DNA of 32,000 nucleotides. It comes from Planctopirus limnophila DSM 3776 (GTDB lineage: Bacteria > Planctomycetota > Planctomycetia > Planctomycetales > Planctomycetaceae). This document shows positions 18,040-26,753 of this stretch, piece by piece (positions within the stretch are counted from its first letter, which is position 1; each line of letters starts with the position of its first letter). Made by a program: the position numbers and the translations under genes. The stretch spans positions 1,770,001 to 1,802,000 of the forward strand of contig NC_014148.1 in the NCBI RefSeq assembly GCF_000092105.1, given 5' to 3'. Below the pieces are notes generated by a model that searched no databases, had not been told where the DNA came from, and was given only the letters and a program-made list of their open reading frames with translations.

Positions 18040-19092
18040 ATGGCGACGTATATCTTTCGACGACTGCTGCTGATGATTCCGACGTTGTTCGGAATTCTCG
18101 TGCTGTCATTCATCGTCATTAAATCCACACCTGGCGATCCTGCCTCTGGTCGTTTTGGTGGTGCTGCTGCGGCGCAAGGCGGAATGAATGCCGAGCGTGG
18201 GACTGAGGACGCGGAAAAAGCCTTCCGTAAGAACTTCAAACTGGATGAACCGCTGTATGTCCAGTTTTTCTGGTTTGTGGGGCGCATCTTCCGTGGCGAA
18301 ATGATTTACTACACCAAGCAAGGCTCCATCTGGCCCGATCTCATCCCGGCAATGAAGATCACACTCATGATCAACTCGATCGTGTTCTTGCTGGTCTATC
18401 TCCTGGCAATTCCCATGGGGATTTTCAGTGCGACCGCCCCTCACAGCACGGGCGATCGAATCATGACACTCACTCTGTTTGTGCTCTACAGCCTCCCGTC
18501 CTTCTGGGTGGCGGAAATGCTGCGGCTGGGAGTGCTCGAATCGAATGCCGCATGGAATGCTGCAATGCTCAGCCAGGATGCTCAAGAATGGATGTTTAAT
18601 TACCCAATCAGCGGATTGCACGATGTCAATGCGGATCGATTCAGTTTGTTCCAATGGCTATGGGACTATACGCTGCATCTGGTGCTCCCCATACTTTGTA
18701 TGACTTACGCCTCTTTGGCGTACATCAGTCGACAGATGCGTGCGGGCATGCTGGAGGTCGTCCGGCAGGATTACATTCGCACGGCCAAAGCCAAAGGCTG
18801 CAGCCCCGCGCGAGTCATCTGGGTGCATGCTCTTCGCAACAGCCTCTTTCCCATCATTACGTTATTTGCTTCACTTCTTCCCGCTCTGATTGGCGGCAGT
18901 GTCATCATCGAATACATTTTCAACATTCCCGGCATGGGTAAACTCACCATCGACAGTGTGTTTTCGCGTGAGTACGACATGATTCTCGTCACGATGATGC
19001 TTTCAGCGGTATTGACTTTGATTGGAATTCTGATTTCCGACATCATGTATGTTCTGGTCGATCCCCGCGTCTCGTTCGAAAGCAAGAACTGA
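18040..19092 (+). CDS. ABC transporter permease, YejB/OppB-like
   Basis: The N-terminus is MATYIFRRLLLMIPTLFGILVLSFIVI. It has the YejB-type loop (FKLDEPLYVQFFWFVGRIFRGEM), the EAA-type region YIRTAKAKGCSPARVIWVHALRNSL, and the C-terminal DIMYVLVDPRVSFE. The track start 18031 is GTG. Confidence 0.9.
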   Translation: MATYIFRRLLLMIPTLFGILVLSFIVIKSTPGDPASGRFGGAAAAQGGMNAERGTEDAEKAFRKNFKLDEPLYVQFFWFVGRIFRGEMIYYTKQGSIWPDLIPAMKITLMINSIVFLLVYLLAIPMGIFSATAPHSTGDRIMTLTLFVLYSLPSFWVAEMLRLGVLESNAAWNAAMLSQDAQEWMFNYPISGLHDVNADRFSLFQWLWDYTLHLVLPILCMTYASLAYISRQMRAGMLEVVRQDYIRTAKAKGCSPARVIWVHALRNSLFPIITLFASLLPALIGGSVIIEYIFNIPGMGKLTIDSVFSREYDMILVTMMLSAVLTLIGILISDIMYVLVDPRVSFESKN

Positions 19093-20822
19093 TGGCTGCG
19101 GATCGTCGACTTCACACAACGACACCTTCCTCGCCTCAGGTGGCTGGACTTGGAGCAGAGAATGGAGCCTCTCCAGTCGCTGCTGGTGAGAAGGTGGCCT
19201 CACCTCTCAGTACGAGTTCAACCTCGTCTACGGGTGTTCAAGCCTCTCGCAGTGAACAGTCGCAGGCGGCTCAGATCTGGCGCGAGTTCAAGAAACGAAG
19301 ACTCGCAGTCTTTGCGGCCATTCTCATGATTGTCGAAATCATGATTGCGGTCTTTGCACCGTTCATTGCGAATGACAGGCCGATGGCCTTTCGCGGCGTG
19401 AATCGCTTCGAGTTCCAGCAGTTGATTCAGACTGTGGAATCTCTGATGGCAATGGCCAACGGTGAAAGTCGCCAGGAGAGTGGGGCGGCAAAAAAGGTCT
19501 ATCCAGTTCTGGAAAAGGCCCAGTCATTGCTGGAGACAGCCTCCGCAGAAATTGATGTTTCCAAGTCCGGCGGAAGCGAATCCCGCAGGCAATTTGAGGG
19601 TTTGATCCGACGAATTCAGGATATGCAGAAACCCCTCGGCTCGTTTCCCGACCAGACCTCGGCCTTGCCGCCAGAACTGATTCAGGGAATTCAGGCAATT
19701 CTTATGGATGTCAAAACGCTGAAGAAAAGCGAATTGCCTCCACTTCTCTCCCGCTGGTACTTTCCGGCACTCGCACAACTCAATGGAATCGACTTCTGGT
19801 TTATTGCCGCTGCCATTTTCTGGCCACTTTGGTGGTTTGCCACGCGACTCTCGACGTTCGCTTATCGACAACCTCGCTGGGTGCAACTGCTCGTTCTATC
19901 TGGCGTTCCCACACTGGCTGCAGGCATTTGGGTCGAAATCAACCCCTCTCGACTCGATCAGACCAATTACAAGCAAGGTGTGCTGACGGCGTACGACTTC
20001 TCTCGCACCGCCCCGGTGATCTTCGATGTTGTCGTCTGGCCACTGGTTCCTTTTGGCATCGATGAGTACGACACGACCAATCAGACAAAGCCACCCGCCT
20101 TTTCGCTCAAGGAACCGCAAAAGCTCGCCACGCCGTGGGATCGCCCGCACTGGCTGGGGACGAATCACAATGGTGTCGATCTCCTGACACTTCTCATCTG
20201 GGGAGCACGCATCAGCCTTTCGGTCGGTCTGGTCGCGGTTCTGATCTACATGTCGATCGGGATTGTCCTCGGTGCTCTGGCGGGCTACTTCCGCGGTTGG
20301 GTCGATATTCTGATCTCACGTCTGATTGAAGTCGTCATCTGCTTCCCGACACTATTCCTCGTATTGACGATTGTGGCTCTTCTGAAACCCAGCCTCATCA
20401 ACATCATGATTGTCATCGGCTTGACCGGCTGGACAGGTGTGGCCCGGTTAGTTCGCAGCGAGTTTTTGCGGCTGGTGAATCAGGAATTTGTGCTGGCTGG
20501 CAAGTCGATTGGCTTTTCCTCCACGCGGCTCATTTTCCGACACATCCTCCCCAATGCCCTGGCCCCTGTGGTCGTGGCGGCGACATTTGGTATTGCCGGA
20601 GCCATCCTGCTTGAAAGCTCACTGTCATTTCTAGGGCTGGGTGTCCGTGTTCCTACACCTTCCTGGGGCACAATTCTCAGTGAAGGCCGCACTCGCCTGC
20701 TGCAGGCTCCCTGGCAGATGACGTATCCCGGATTCGCCATTTTCATCACCGTCACCTGCTACAATCTGATTGGCGAGGCGCTGCGGGATGCGGCTGATCC
20801 AAGGCTCCGCGGCACACGATAA
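19092..20822 (+). CDS. ABC transporter permease, YejE/OppC-like, with large N-terminal and loop insertions (576 aa)
   Basis: The ATG overlaps the upstream TGA (TGATG), consistent with translational coupling. YejE landmarks are present: FIANDRP, RWYFP, VVWPLVPFG, HWLGTNHNGVDLL, ARLVRSEFLRL, and the C-terminal GEALRDAADPRL. Confidence 0.85.
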   Translation: MAADRRLHTTTPSSPQVAGLGAENGASPVAAGEKVASPLSTSSTSSTGVQASRSEQSQAAQIWREFKKRRLAVFAAILMIVEIMIAVFAPFIANDRPMAFRGVNRFEFQQLIQTVESLMAMANGESRQESGAAKKVYPVLEKAQSLLETASAEIDVSKSGGSESRRQFEGLIRRIQDMQKPLGSFPDQTSALPPELIQGIQAILMDVKTLKKSELPPLLSRWYFPALAQLNGIDFWFIAAAIFWPLWWFATRLSTFAYRQPRWVQLLVLSGVPTLAAGIWVEINPSRLDQTNYKQGVLTAYDFSRTAPVIFDVVVWPLVPFGIDEYDTTNQTKPPAFSLKEPQKLATPWDRPHWLGTNHNGVDLLTLLIWGARISLSVGLVAVLIYMSIGIVLGALAGYFRGWVDILISRLIEVVICFPTLFLVLTIVALLKPSLINIMIVIGLTGWTGVARLVRSEFLRLVNQEFVLAGKSIGFSSTRLIFRHILPNALAPVVVAATFGIAGAILLESSLSFLGLGVRVPTPSWGTILSEGRTRLLQAPWQMTYPGFAIFITVTCYNLIGEALRDAADPRLRGTR

Positions 20823-20964
20823 CCTCTTTTGTGGAATGATGTTGCGTTGTTCGTATTTCGCCTGTGAGTGGGCGGTTTTGGCAGGAATTGACCTCCTGAT
20901 AACGCTCCATCGATTTGTCTCACGAACCCGCCCAGCGTCCCAGGTGTCCGCTTCGCCAGTTGAC

Positions 20965-20997
20965 TGAGAACTCTGATCGAAAGTCCGAGAGTTCTCA
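20965..20997 (+). promoter_or_regulatory. perfect 10-bp-stem hairpin TGAGAACTCT-(13 nt)-AGAGTTCTCA in the ABC-permease/ilvB intergenic region
   Basis: I read it directly and checked the base pairing position by position. It is followed by aaggtgctggtttt, a poor T-tract. It could be a distal terminator for the permease operon or part of an ilvB leader. Confidence 0.3.
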
Positions 20998-21050
20998 AGG
21001 TGCTGGTTTTCGCGTTGCGAATTGCGTAAAATCCTGCGGCAACACATTTT

Positions 21051-21081
21051 TCTCTTTCACATTTAGTCGTGACGAAAGAGA
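21051..21081 (+). promoter_or_regulatory. hairpin TCTCTTTC-(15 nt)-GAAAGAGA whose 3' arm is the purine-rich stretch just upstream of ATG 21094
   Basis: It is an 8-bp stem. The 3' arm GAAAGAGA(GAA) lies 10-20 nt upstream of ATG 21094 and could act as an occluded RBS if that ATG is used. Confidence 0.25.
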
Positions 21082-21216
21082 GAATAAAGTCCCATGCGAC
21101 CAGAAACTGCCAAAACAGAGAGTTGGCCGCGAACGACCAAGGGATCGATCAAGGGGTTTGCACCGCCCCAATTTTTGAACTGGTGCCTGACTGAATTCTC
21201 AAGAAGGAACGACATC

Positions 21217-22998
21217 GTGGCGATCGTCGAGCGACCGCAGACCAAAACGCAAACCATCAACGGCGCGGAAATTCTGGTGCGGGGGCTAATTCGTCAGGGT
21301 GTAGACGTCATTTTCGCCTACCCTGGTGGATGTAGTATGCCGCTGCACCAGGCACTGACCTTCCACACGGACGAGATCCGCACGATCCTCCCGCGTCATG
21401 AACAGGGTGGCGGATTCGCCGCACAGGGTGTGGCCCGTACAACCGGTGAAGTCGGCGTGTGTATGGCGACCAGTGGCCCCGGTGCCACGAATCTCGTCAC
21501 CGCAATCGCTGATGCCAAGATGGACAGCATTCCGCTGGTGGCCATTACCGGTCAGGTGCCAACAACGGTCATCGGCACTGATGCTTTTCAAGAAACACCC
21601 ATCGTTGAGATCTGTCGAGCGATCACCAAGGCCCATTACCTGATCACCGATGTCCGCGATACTGCACGCATCGTCAAAGAAGCTTTCTATATCGCCCGCA
21701 CCGGCCGACCCGGGCCTGTGCTTATTGACTTCCCGAAGAACGTGCAGCTCGCGACGATCGACGAGGAGCCTGATCTCGATCCACCGATGAATCTGCCCGG
21801 TTACCATCCGGAGATTCGCAAGCCGACCTCTTCTCAGATCCGCGAGATTCTCGCTGCAATCCGTGAATCCAAGAAGCCAATTTTTTACATTGGCGGTGGT
21901 GTCGTTCAATCAGATGCTTCCGAAGAGTTCACCAAGTTCGCCCTCAAGACGGGCATCCCGGTGGCCACCACCGTGATGGGGATCGGGGCTTTCCCGGGTG
22001 ATCATCCGCAGTCGCTGCACATGCTCGGCATGCATGGCACTGCCTACTCGAATATGGCCATCGCTGAAGCCGACCTGCTCATTGCACTGGGCGTGCGATT
22101 TGATGATCGCGTCACAGGGAAACTCGACGAGTTCGCCAAGCATGGCCGCATCATCCACGTCGATATCGATCCTTCGGAGCTCCACAAGAACAAAAAAGCT
22201 CACATCCCGATTGTTGGGAACGTGAAAGATGTTCTCCATGGGCTGAATGCTCTGGTGAGCGATGATGATATCCCTGAGATGGATGCCTGGTGGCGGCAAC
22301 TCAATGAATGGCGCGACAAATATCCTTTGAAGTACCGCGATTCAGGTGATTTCATCATCCCGCAATATGCGATTGACGAGCTCTGGCGACAGACGAAAGA
22401 TCGCGATGCTTACGTCAGTGTGGGGGTGGGTCAGCACCAGATGTTCGCTGCCCAGTTCTACAAGTTCAGCAAGCCCCGCCGCTGGTTGAGCAGCTCGGGT
22501 CTGGGAACGATGGGTTTCGGTTTGCCAGCCGCCATGGGTGTTCAGGCCGCCTTCCCCGATGCTTTAAGTATTGATATCGATGGTGATGGCTGCATGCTCA
22601 TGAATGTTCAGGAGCTGGCCACTCTTGCCTGCGAAAAACTTCCCGTGAAAATTCTCCTGTTGAACAATCAGCACCTGGGGATGGTGGTTCAGTGGGAAGA
22701 TCGTTTCCATGAGGGGAATCGGGCACACACCTATCTGGGGCCGATCGATCACCCGGAAGCCGTGGGTGCCGGCGATGGAACTCACTACGAAGAAACCTAT
22801 CCAAACTTTGTGCAGATCGCCAAAGGCTTTGGTGTCGAAGCAAGTCAGGTGCGGAGTAAGAAGGAGTTCCCGGCAGCTCTGGCCAAAATGCTGGCCTACC
22901 CAGGTCCCTACCTCCTCGATGTGCTGACACCTTACCAGGAACATGTTTTGCCCATGATTCCCAGTGGCAAAACGGTGAAAGACATCATCCTCGAGTAG
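21217..22998 (+). CDS. ilvB: acetolactate synthase (AHAS) large catalytic subunit
   Basis: The diagnostic stretches are [66 protein letters not shown], and the plant/cyanobacterial-like [20 protein letters not shown] and [10 protein letters not shown] prefer GTG 21217, which has AAGGA 8 nt upstream and leaves 15 aa before GAEIL. The longest ORF starts at ATG 21094 and adds 41 atypical residues. Confidence 0.9.
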   Translation: MAIVERPQTKTQTINGAEILVRGLIRQGVDVIFAYPGGCSMPLHQALTFHTDEIRTILPRHEQGGGFAAQGVARTTGEVGVCMATSGPGATNLVTAIADAKMDSIPLVAITGQVPTTVIGTDAFQETPIVEICRAITKAHYLITDVRDTARIVKEAFYIARTGRPGPVLIDFPKNVQLATIDEEPDLDPPMNLPGYHPEIRKPTSSQIREILAAIRESKKPIFYIGGGVVQSDASEEFTKFALKTGIPVATTVMGIGAFPGDHPQSLHMLGMHGTAYSNMAIAEADLLIALGVRFDDRVTGKLDEFAKHGRIIHVDIDPSELHKNKKAHIPIVGNVKDVLHGLNALVSDDDIPEMDAWWRQLNEWRDKYPLKYRDSGDFIIPQYAIDELWRQTKDRDAYVSVGVGQHQMFAAQFYKFSKPRRWLSSSGLGTMGFGLPAAMGVQAAFPDALSIDIDGDGCMLMNVQELATLACEKLPVKILLLNNQHLGMVVQWEDRFHEGNRAHTYLGPIDHPEAVGAGDGTHYEETYPNFVQIAKGFGVEASQVRSKKEFPAALAKMLAYPGPYLLDVLTPYQEHVLPMIPSGKTVKDIILE

Positions 22999-23029
22999 TT
23001 CACCTCTCTCAGGATGTTTTGTGAATCAG

Positions 23030-23068
23030 AGAACCCCATGCCGACTCTAGGCCTGGGGTTCTTGTTTT
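23030..23068 (+). terminator. rho-independent terminator after ilvB
   Basis: It reads AGAACCCCA-(loop)-TGGGGTTCT, a 9-bp GC-rich stem, followed immediately by TGTTTT. It sits 32 nt after the ilvB stop. Confidence 0.7.
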
Positions 23069-23233
23069 AGTCAACCCATGCTGTCTCGTTTCTCCGACCG
23101 TCGAGCTCGTTGAAACTCTCGTCGCCAAAGTTCAACTGGATCATAAGTCGCTGGCTCACTACCATTCAGGAAATGATTCTTGCAGGAAATAGAGTAAGAA
23201 TCGCCGGTGGCACTGTGGCAAGGATGACCACAA

Positions 23234-26200
23234 ATGGCTTTGCAAAGGCTCGCTGTTCAACGATTTCTGTGGTGCTTACTCGCACTTTTTTTGTTCCGTG
23301 GCGGTGGCATTTCTGCACACCTCTTGGTTGCTGAGGACGAAAAACAGCCCTTTCAGGAAATGCATGGATTCAGGGTGCATCCCGACTTTCTGATCGAACC
23401 CTTTGCCGATGACAAACTGGCCCATGACATTTACTGCATGACCATCGACCCGCAAGGACGGGTTGTTGTTGCCGGCCCGGGCTACATTCGCATCCTGATC
23501 GATGAAGACCAAAACGGCTTAGCAGACAAAGCCATCACCGTTGCCGGCGAGCCTCGCAATGGTGCCCAGAGTCTGGTCTATCATGGGCGAGACCTTCTCG
23601 CGGTGGGAGATCGTGGCGTACTTCACTTCGAAGATCGTGATGGTGACGATATTGCCGATGGCCCTGCCAAGGTCTACCTGCAGATCAAGACTGGCGGTGA
23701 ACATGATGCTCACTCGCTTCAGAAAGGGGCCGATGGCTGGTGGTATCTTCTGGCTGGAAACATGGCCAGGGCCGACAGTCGCTATGTCACGCTCAAATCT
23801 TCTCCCATCACCAAACCCGTTCATGGCGTGTGGATGCGGATTCGCCCTGATATGAAAGCCGCTGAGGTTTTGACGGATGGTTTACGTAATGCCTACGACT
23901 TTGCCTTTGATCAACATGGCCGGGCGGTCACTTTCGATAGCGATGATGAACGTGACATTTCGCTGCCCTGGTATCGGCCGACCCGCGTGCTTGAGCTGAC
24001 GCCCACTTTTCATATGGGCTGGGAAAGCAACAGTTGGAAGCGTCCTGACGATTGGTTTGATTCGCCCCGTGTGCTCGCCACAGCAGGCCGCGGTTCCCCC
24101 ACTGGTGTTCTTTCTTATCAGCACGATGCAATGGGTGAATCATGGCGTAACACATTGTTCCTGCTCGATTGGACCTATGGCCGACTCTTGGCGATACCTC
24201 CCCATCAGGTTACAGCAACTGACAAAGATACTCGCCAGGAACCACAGCCCCCCGAATTGATTCTCACTGCAGCACCAGGCTTTGGTTTCGCCCCCACCGA
24301 TATGGAAGTCGGGCCGGATGGAAGCATTTATATCTGTGTGGGTGGTCGCGGCACACAAGGCGGAATTTACCGCTTACGACCGAAGCAGGCCGTCTCTTCC
24401 CCGCAGCCAGACTCGGCGTTATCGCCAGTCGATAAAGCCATGCAGGCGGTTTTGAATGCTCCCCAACCTTTGAGCAGTTGGTCGCGGGCTCAGTGGATTC
24501 CACTCGCGCGAATGGCTGGCCGGGAAGCACTTCTGGCGGCAGCGCTGGAGACTTCCAGATCCGATGCCGAGAGAATCCGTGCCATTGAAGCTATGACCGA
24601 ACTCTATGGCGGGTTGAAAGCCGTCGAACTGCTGAATCTTGTTCCTGATGCTCAAGCCAGTAGGCCTGTCGTGGCCCGGGCGGTCTGGTCCGTCTTCCGT
24701 AATGGTGAACTTCCACCGGTCGAGGCGATCCGGAAAGTGATCCCCGCAATACAGCAAGAATCCAAGTCTTCGGCAGGCCGTGATGCAGATAGCCTTGTCG
24801 AACAATCTCTACTCGAAGGTTTATTGACAATCGAAGTTTCGCAGATATCGAGTTCTGACTGGAAAGAGTTTTCTCCCGTCATCATCTCCTGCCTGTCTCA
24901 CTCTCATCGCCTGGTGCGTACTTTGGCAGCACGAGTTGTCGCCAGGGTTCCTGAGGATCTTCTCCCACAGATTGCCAGCGAAGCCGGAAAACGCGGTCCC
25001 AAAGCAGCGATCGCGTATGCATTTGGTTGGATCGATCGTACAGATGCTCTGCCAACCAGGCTCGAAAGTTCCGCTGCTTCAGTCGCGTTGAAAGTTCTGG
25101 AACGATCCAATGACATCGAAGCTCAACAAGAGGCCATTCGACTTCTGCAAAAAATTCTCGGTGGTGTCGGCGGACCAACGGATGTTCCACCAGCATTTCT
25201 CGGATATGTCGCCGGTGCCAATCTCTCGACAGTCGAACGACAGATTGACCAGTTACGAGTTGATCTCGCGAGAATCTACCTGAGTCGCACATCGGGCAAT
25301 CAGGTCGAACTGGAACGAGTTCTCGCGATGATCGAACTCGCGCACGAACCTGTCCTCACCAAACTCCTCAGCCAACTGAGTGAAACCTCGAACCCGATCG
25401 ACGATATTCACGTGCTTGCGGTTTCCGCCTGTATGCGAGTCGCTCGTACCAGTAGCCATCGCGAAGCAATTATCAGCGCGTTTCTTGATCTTGATCGAAA
25501 GATCATGGAACGCAAACTCCCTCGCGATACTTACTGGAATGACCGCATCCGCGACATTTATCTGGCCCATTGTGCTATTGATGAAATGCTGCCCGTCGTG
25601 ATGGCACAGCACCCCAAACTGGGCAGGTCTCACCATGTACTCTACCTGAGCAAGTTCCCCGGAGAGTTGTTTGGAATTGCCCTCGGTGGTTTTGTGAAGC
25701 AGATCGAAACGGATCCCGATTATCTGTGGACGGGCGATGTGCTCTTCCTTCTTGCATCTGCGAATGACGCCAAGCTTCGAGAACTCATTAGAAAGCAGGC
25801 TCAGGAATTTCGATTGAAATCTCCTGCCACGATTGCACTTTCCGAACATCCTGAAGAAGCCGAGCGATCACTTTTTGTGGAGGGATTGGCCTCCCCGCAA
25901 CGGGAAGTCTATACAGCTTCGATTCAGGCCTTGGGGCAACTCACTCCAACGACTGATGCCGCAACACAACTGGCACTTTTTACGATCGCACGCCGATTGA
26001 ATACAGATGCTCAGGAATACCGCTTGCGTGAGCAGGGAATTGGTCTTCTGGAGCGGAATCTCCAGCACACCGAAAACTCCTTCGTTAAAGGGGAAGCTGG
26101 CTTTGTTCCGCAGACAGAAGCTCTGGCGGCCTGGGAACGATACCTGTCTCGTCTCTATCCAGAGGGAATGGCGAGTCTGGCGGGGATTGGTCAAGCAGAG

Positions 26201-26662
26201 CAGAAGACGCTGATAGAAAATTGGCAGCTCGCCCGCACTCTCGCTGGCGATTCACAGCGTGGGGCAATCGTCTTCCGCAATCGAACATGCCAGCAATGCC
26301 ATTCTGGCGCAGGGCTTTCGACATCCAGTGCTCTGGGCCCGCATCTGGCAGGTGCTGCGAAACGTTTCACTCGAGACGATCTGCTGATCGCGATGATTGA
26401 TCCCAGTCGTGATGTTTCCTCAAGGTATCAGGCCACGCTCATCGAGCATATCGACGGACGGACACTCACAGGCATGATTGTCTATGAATCGACCGATGGC
26501 CTACTCATGCGAAATGCCACTGGGCAGGTCTTTCGTGTGGAATCGAAAGAGATCGAGAATCGCCGTCCACTCACGACATCTCTGATGCCAGTCGGCTTAC
26601 TCAATGGCGTCTCAGCCCAGGATCTCGCCGACCTGGAAGCCTATCTGCAGCTGACTGAATAG
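23234..26662 (+). CDS. large secreted protein with a dehydrogenase-like/beta-propeller N-domain, HEAT-like repeats and a C-terminal mono-heme cytochrome c domain (PVC-type)
   Basis: The signal peptide is MALQRLAVQRFLWCLLALFLF. The N-terminal region is FRVHPDFLIEPFADDKLAHDIYCMTIDPQGRVVVAG...DEDQNGLADK. The middle is long and helical. The single CQQCH is at nt 26288-26302, followed by SLMPVGLL...DLADLEAYL. This matches the Pirellula/Verrucomicrobium-type families I recall from TIGRFAMs as the putative membrane-bound dehydrogenase domain and the putative heme-binding domain. Confidence 0.85.
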   Translation: MALQRLAVQRFLWCLLALFLFRGGGISAHLLVAEDEKQPFQEMHGFRVHPDFLIEPFADDKLAHDIYCMTIDPQGRVVVAGPGYIRILIDEDQNGLADKAITVAGEPRNGAQSLVYHGRDLLAVGDRGVLHFEDRDGDDIADGPAKVYLQIKTGGEHDAHSLQKGADGWWYLLAGNMARADSRYVTLKSSPITKPVHGVWMRIRPDMKAAEVLTDGLRNAYDFAFDQHGRAVTFDSDDERDISLPWYRPTRVLELTPTFHMGWESNSWKRPDDWFDSPRVLATAGRGSPTGVLSYQHDAMGESWRNTLFLLDWTYGRLLAIPPHQVTATDKDTRQEPQPPELILTAAPGFGFAPTDMEVGPDGSIYICVGGRGTQGGIYRLRPKQAVSSPQPDSALSPVDKAMQAVLNAPQPLSSWSRAQWIPLARMAGREALLAAALETSRSDAERIRAIEAMTELYGGLKAVELLNLVPDAQASRPVVARAVWSVFRNGELPPVEAIRKVIPAIQQESKSSAGRDADSLVEQSLLEGLLTIEVSQISSSDWKEFSPVIISCLSHSHRLVRTLAARVVARVPEDLLPQIASEAGKRGPKAAIAYAFGWIDRTDALPTRLESSAASVALKVLERSNDIEAQQEAIRLLQKILGGVGGPTDVPPAFLGYVAGANLSTVERQIDQLRVDLARIYLSRTSGNQVELERVLAMIELAHEPVLTKLLSQLSETSNPIDDIHVLAVSACMRVARTSSHREAIISAFLDLDRKIMERKLPRDTYWNDRIRDIYLAHCAIDEMLPVVMAQHPKLGRSHHVLYLSKFPGELFGIALGGFVKQIETDPDYLWTGDVLFLLASANDAKLRELIRKQAQEFRLKSPATIALSEHPEEAERSLFVEGLASPQREVYTASIQALGQLTPTTDAATQLALFTIARRLNTDAQEYRLREQGIGLLERNLQHTENSFVKGEAGFVPQTEALAAWERYLSRLYPEGMASLAGIGQAEQKTLIENWQLARTLAGDSQRGAIVFRNRTCQQCHSGAGLSTSSALGPHLAGAAKRFTRDDLLIAMIDPSRDVSSRYQATLIEHIDGRTLTGMIVYESTDGLLMRNATGQVFRVESKEIENRRPLTTSLMPVGLLNGVSAQDLADLEAYLQLTE

Positions 26663-26753
26663 CCGGCTGCATCTCCCCACGCAAGAGCCTTTATGAAAAT
26701 GCCCGGTTACTCTCAGGTTGGATGACAGGCACAAAACATCCGTTTTCTGATTC

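Noticed and set aside
20843-20967. A small ORF (MMLRCSYFACEWAVLAGIDLLITLHRFVSRTRPASQVSASPVD) ends exactly at the 20965 hairpin. I considered it as an ilv attenuator leader peptide.
   Set aside because: It has no run of consecutive Val/Leu/Ile codons, and no terminator/antiterminator alternative pairing could be traced. The hairpin also lacks a U-tract. It is kept only as context in the ilvB-leader finding.
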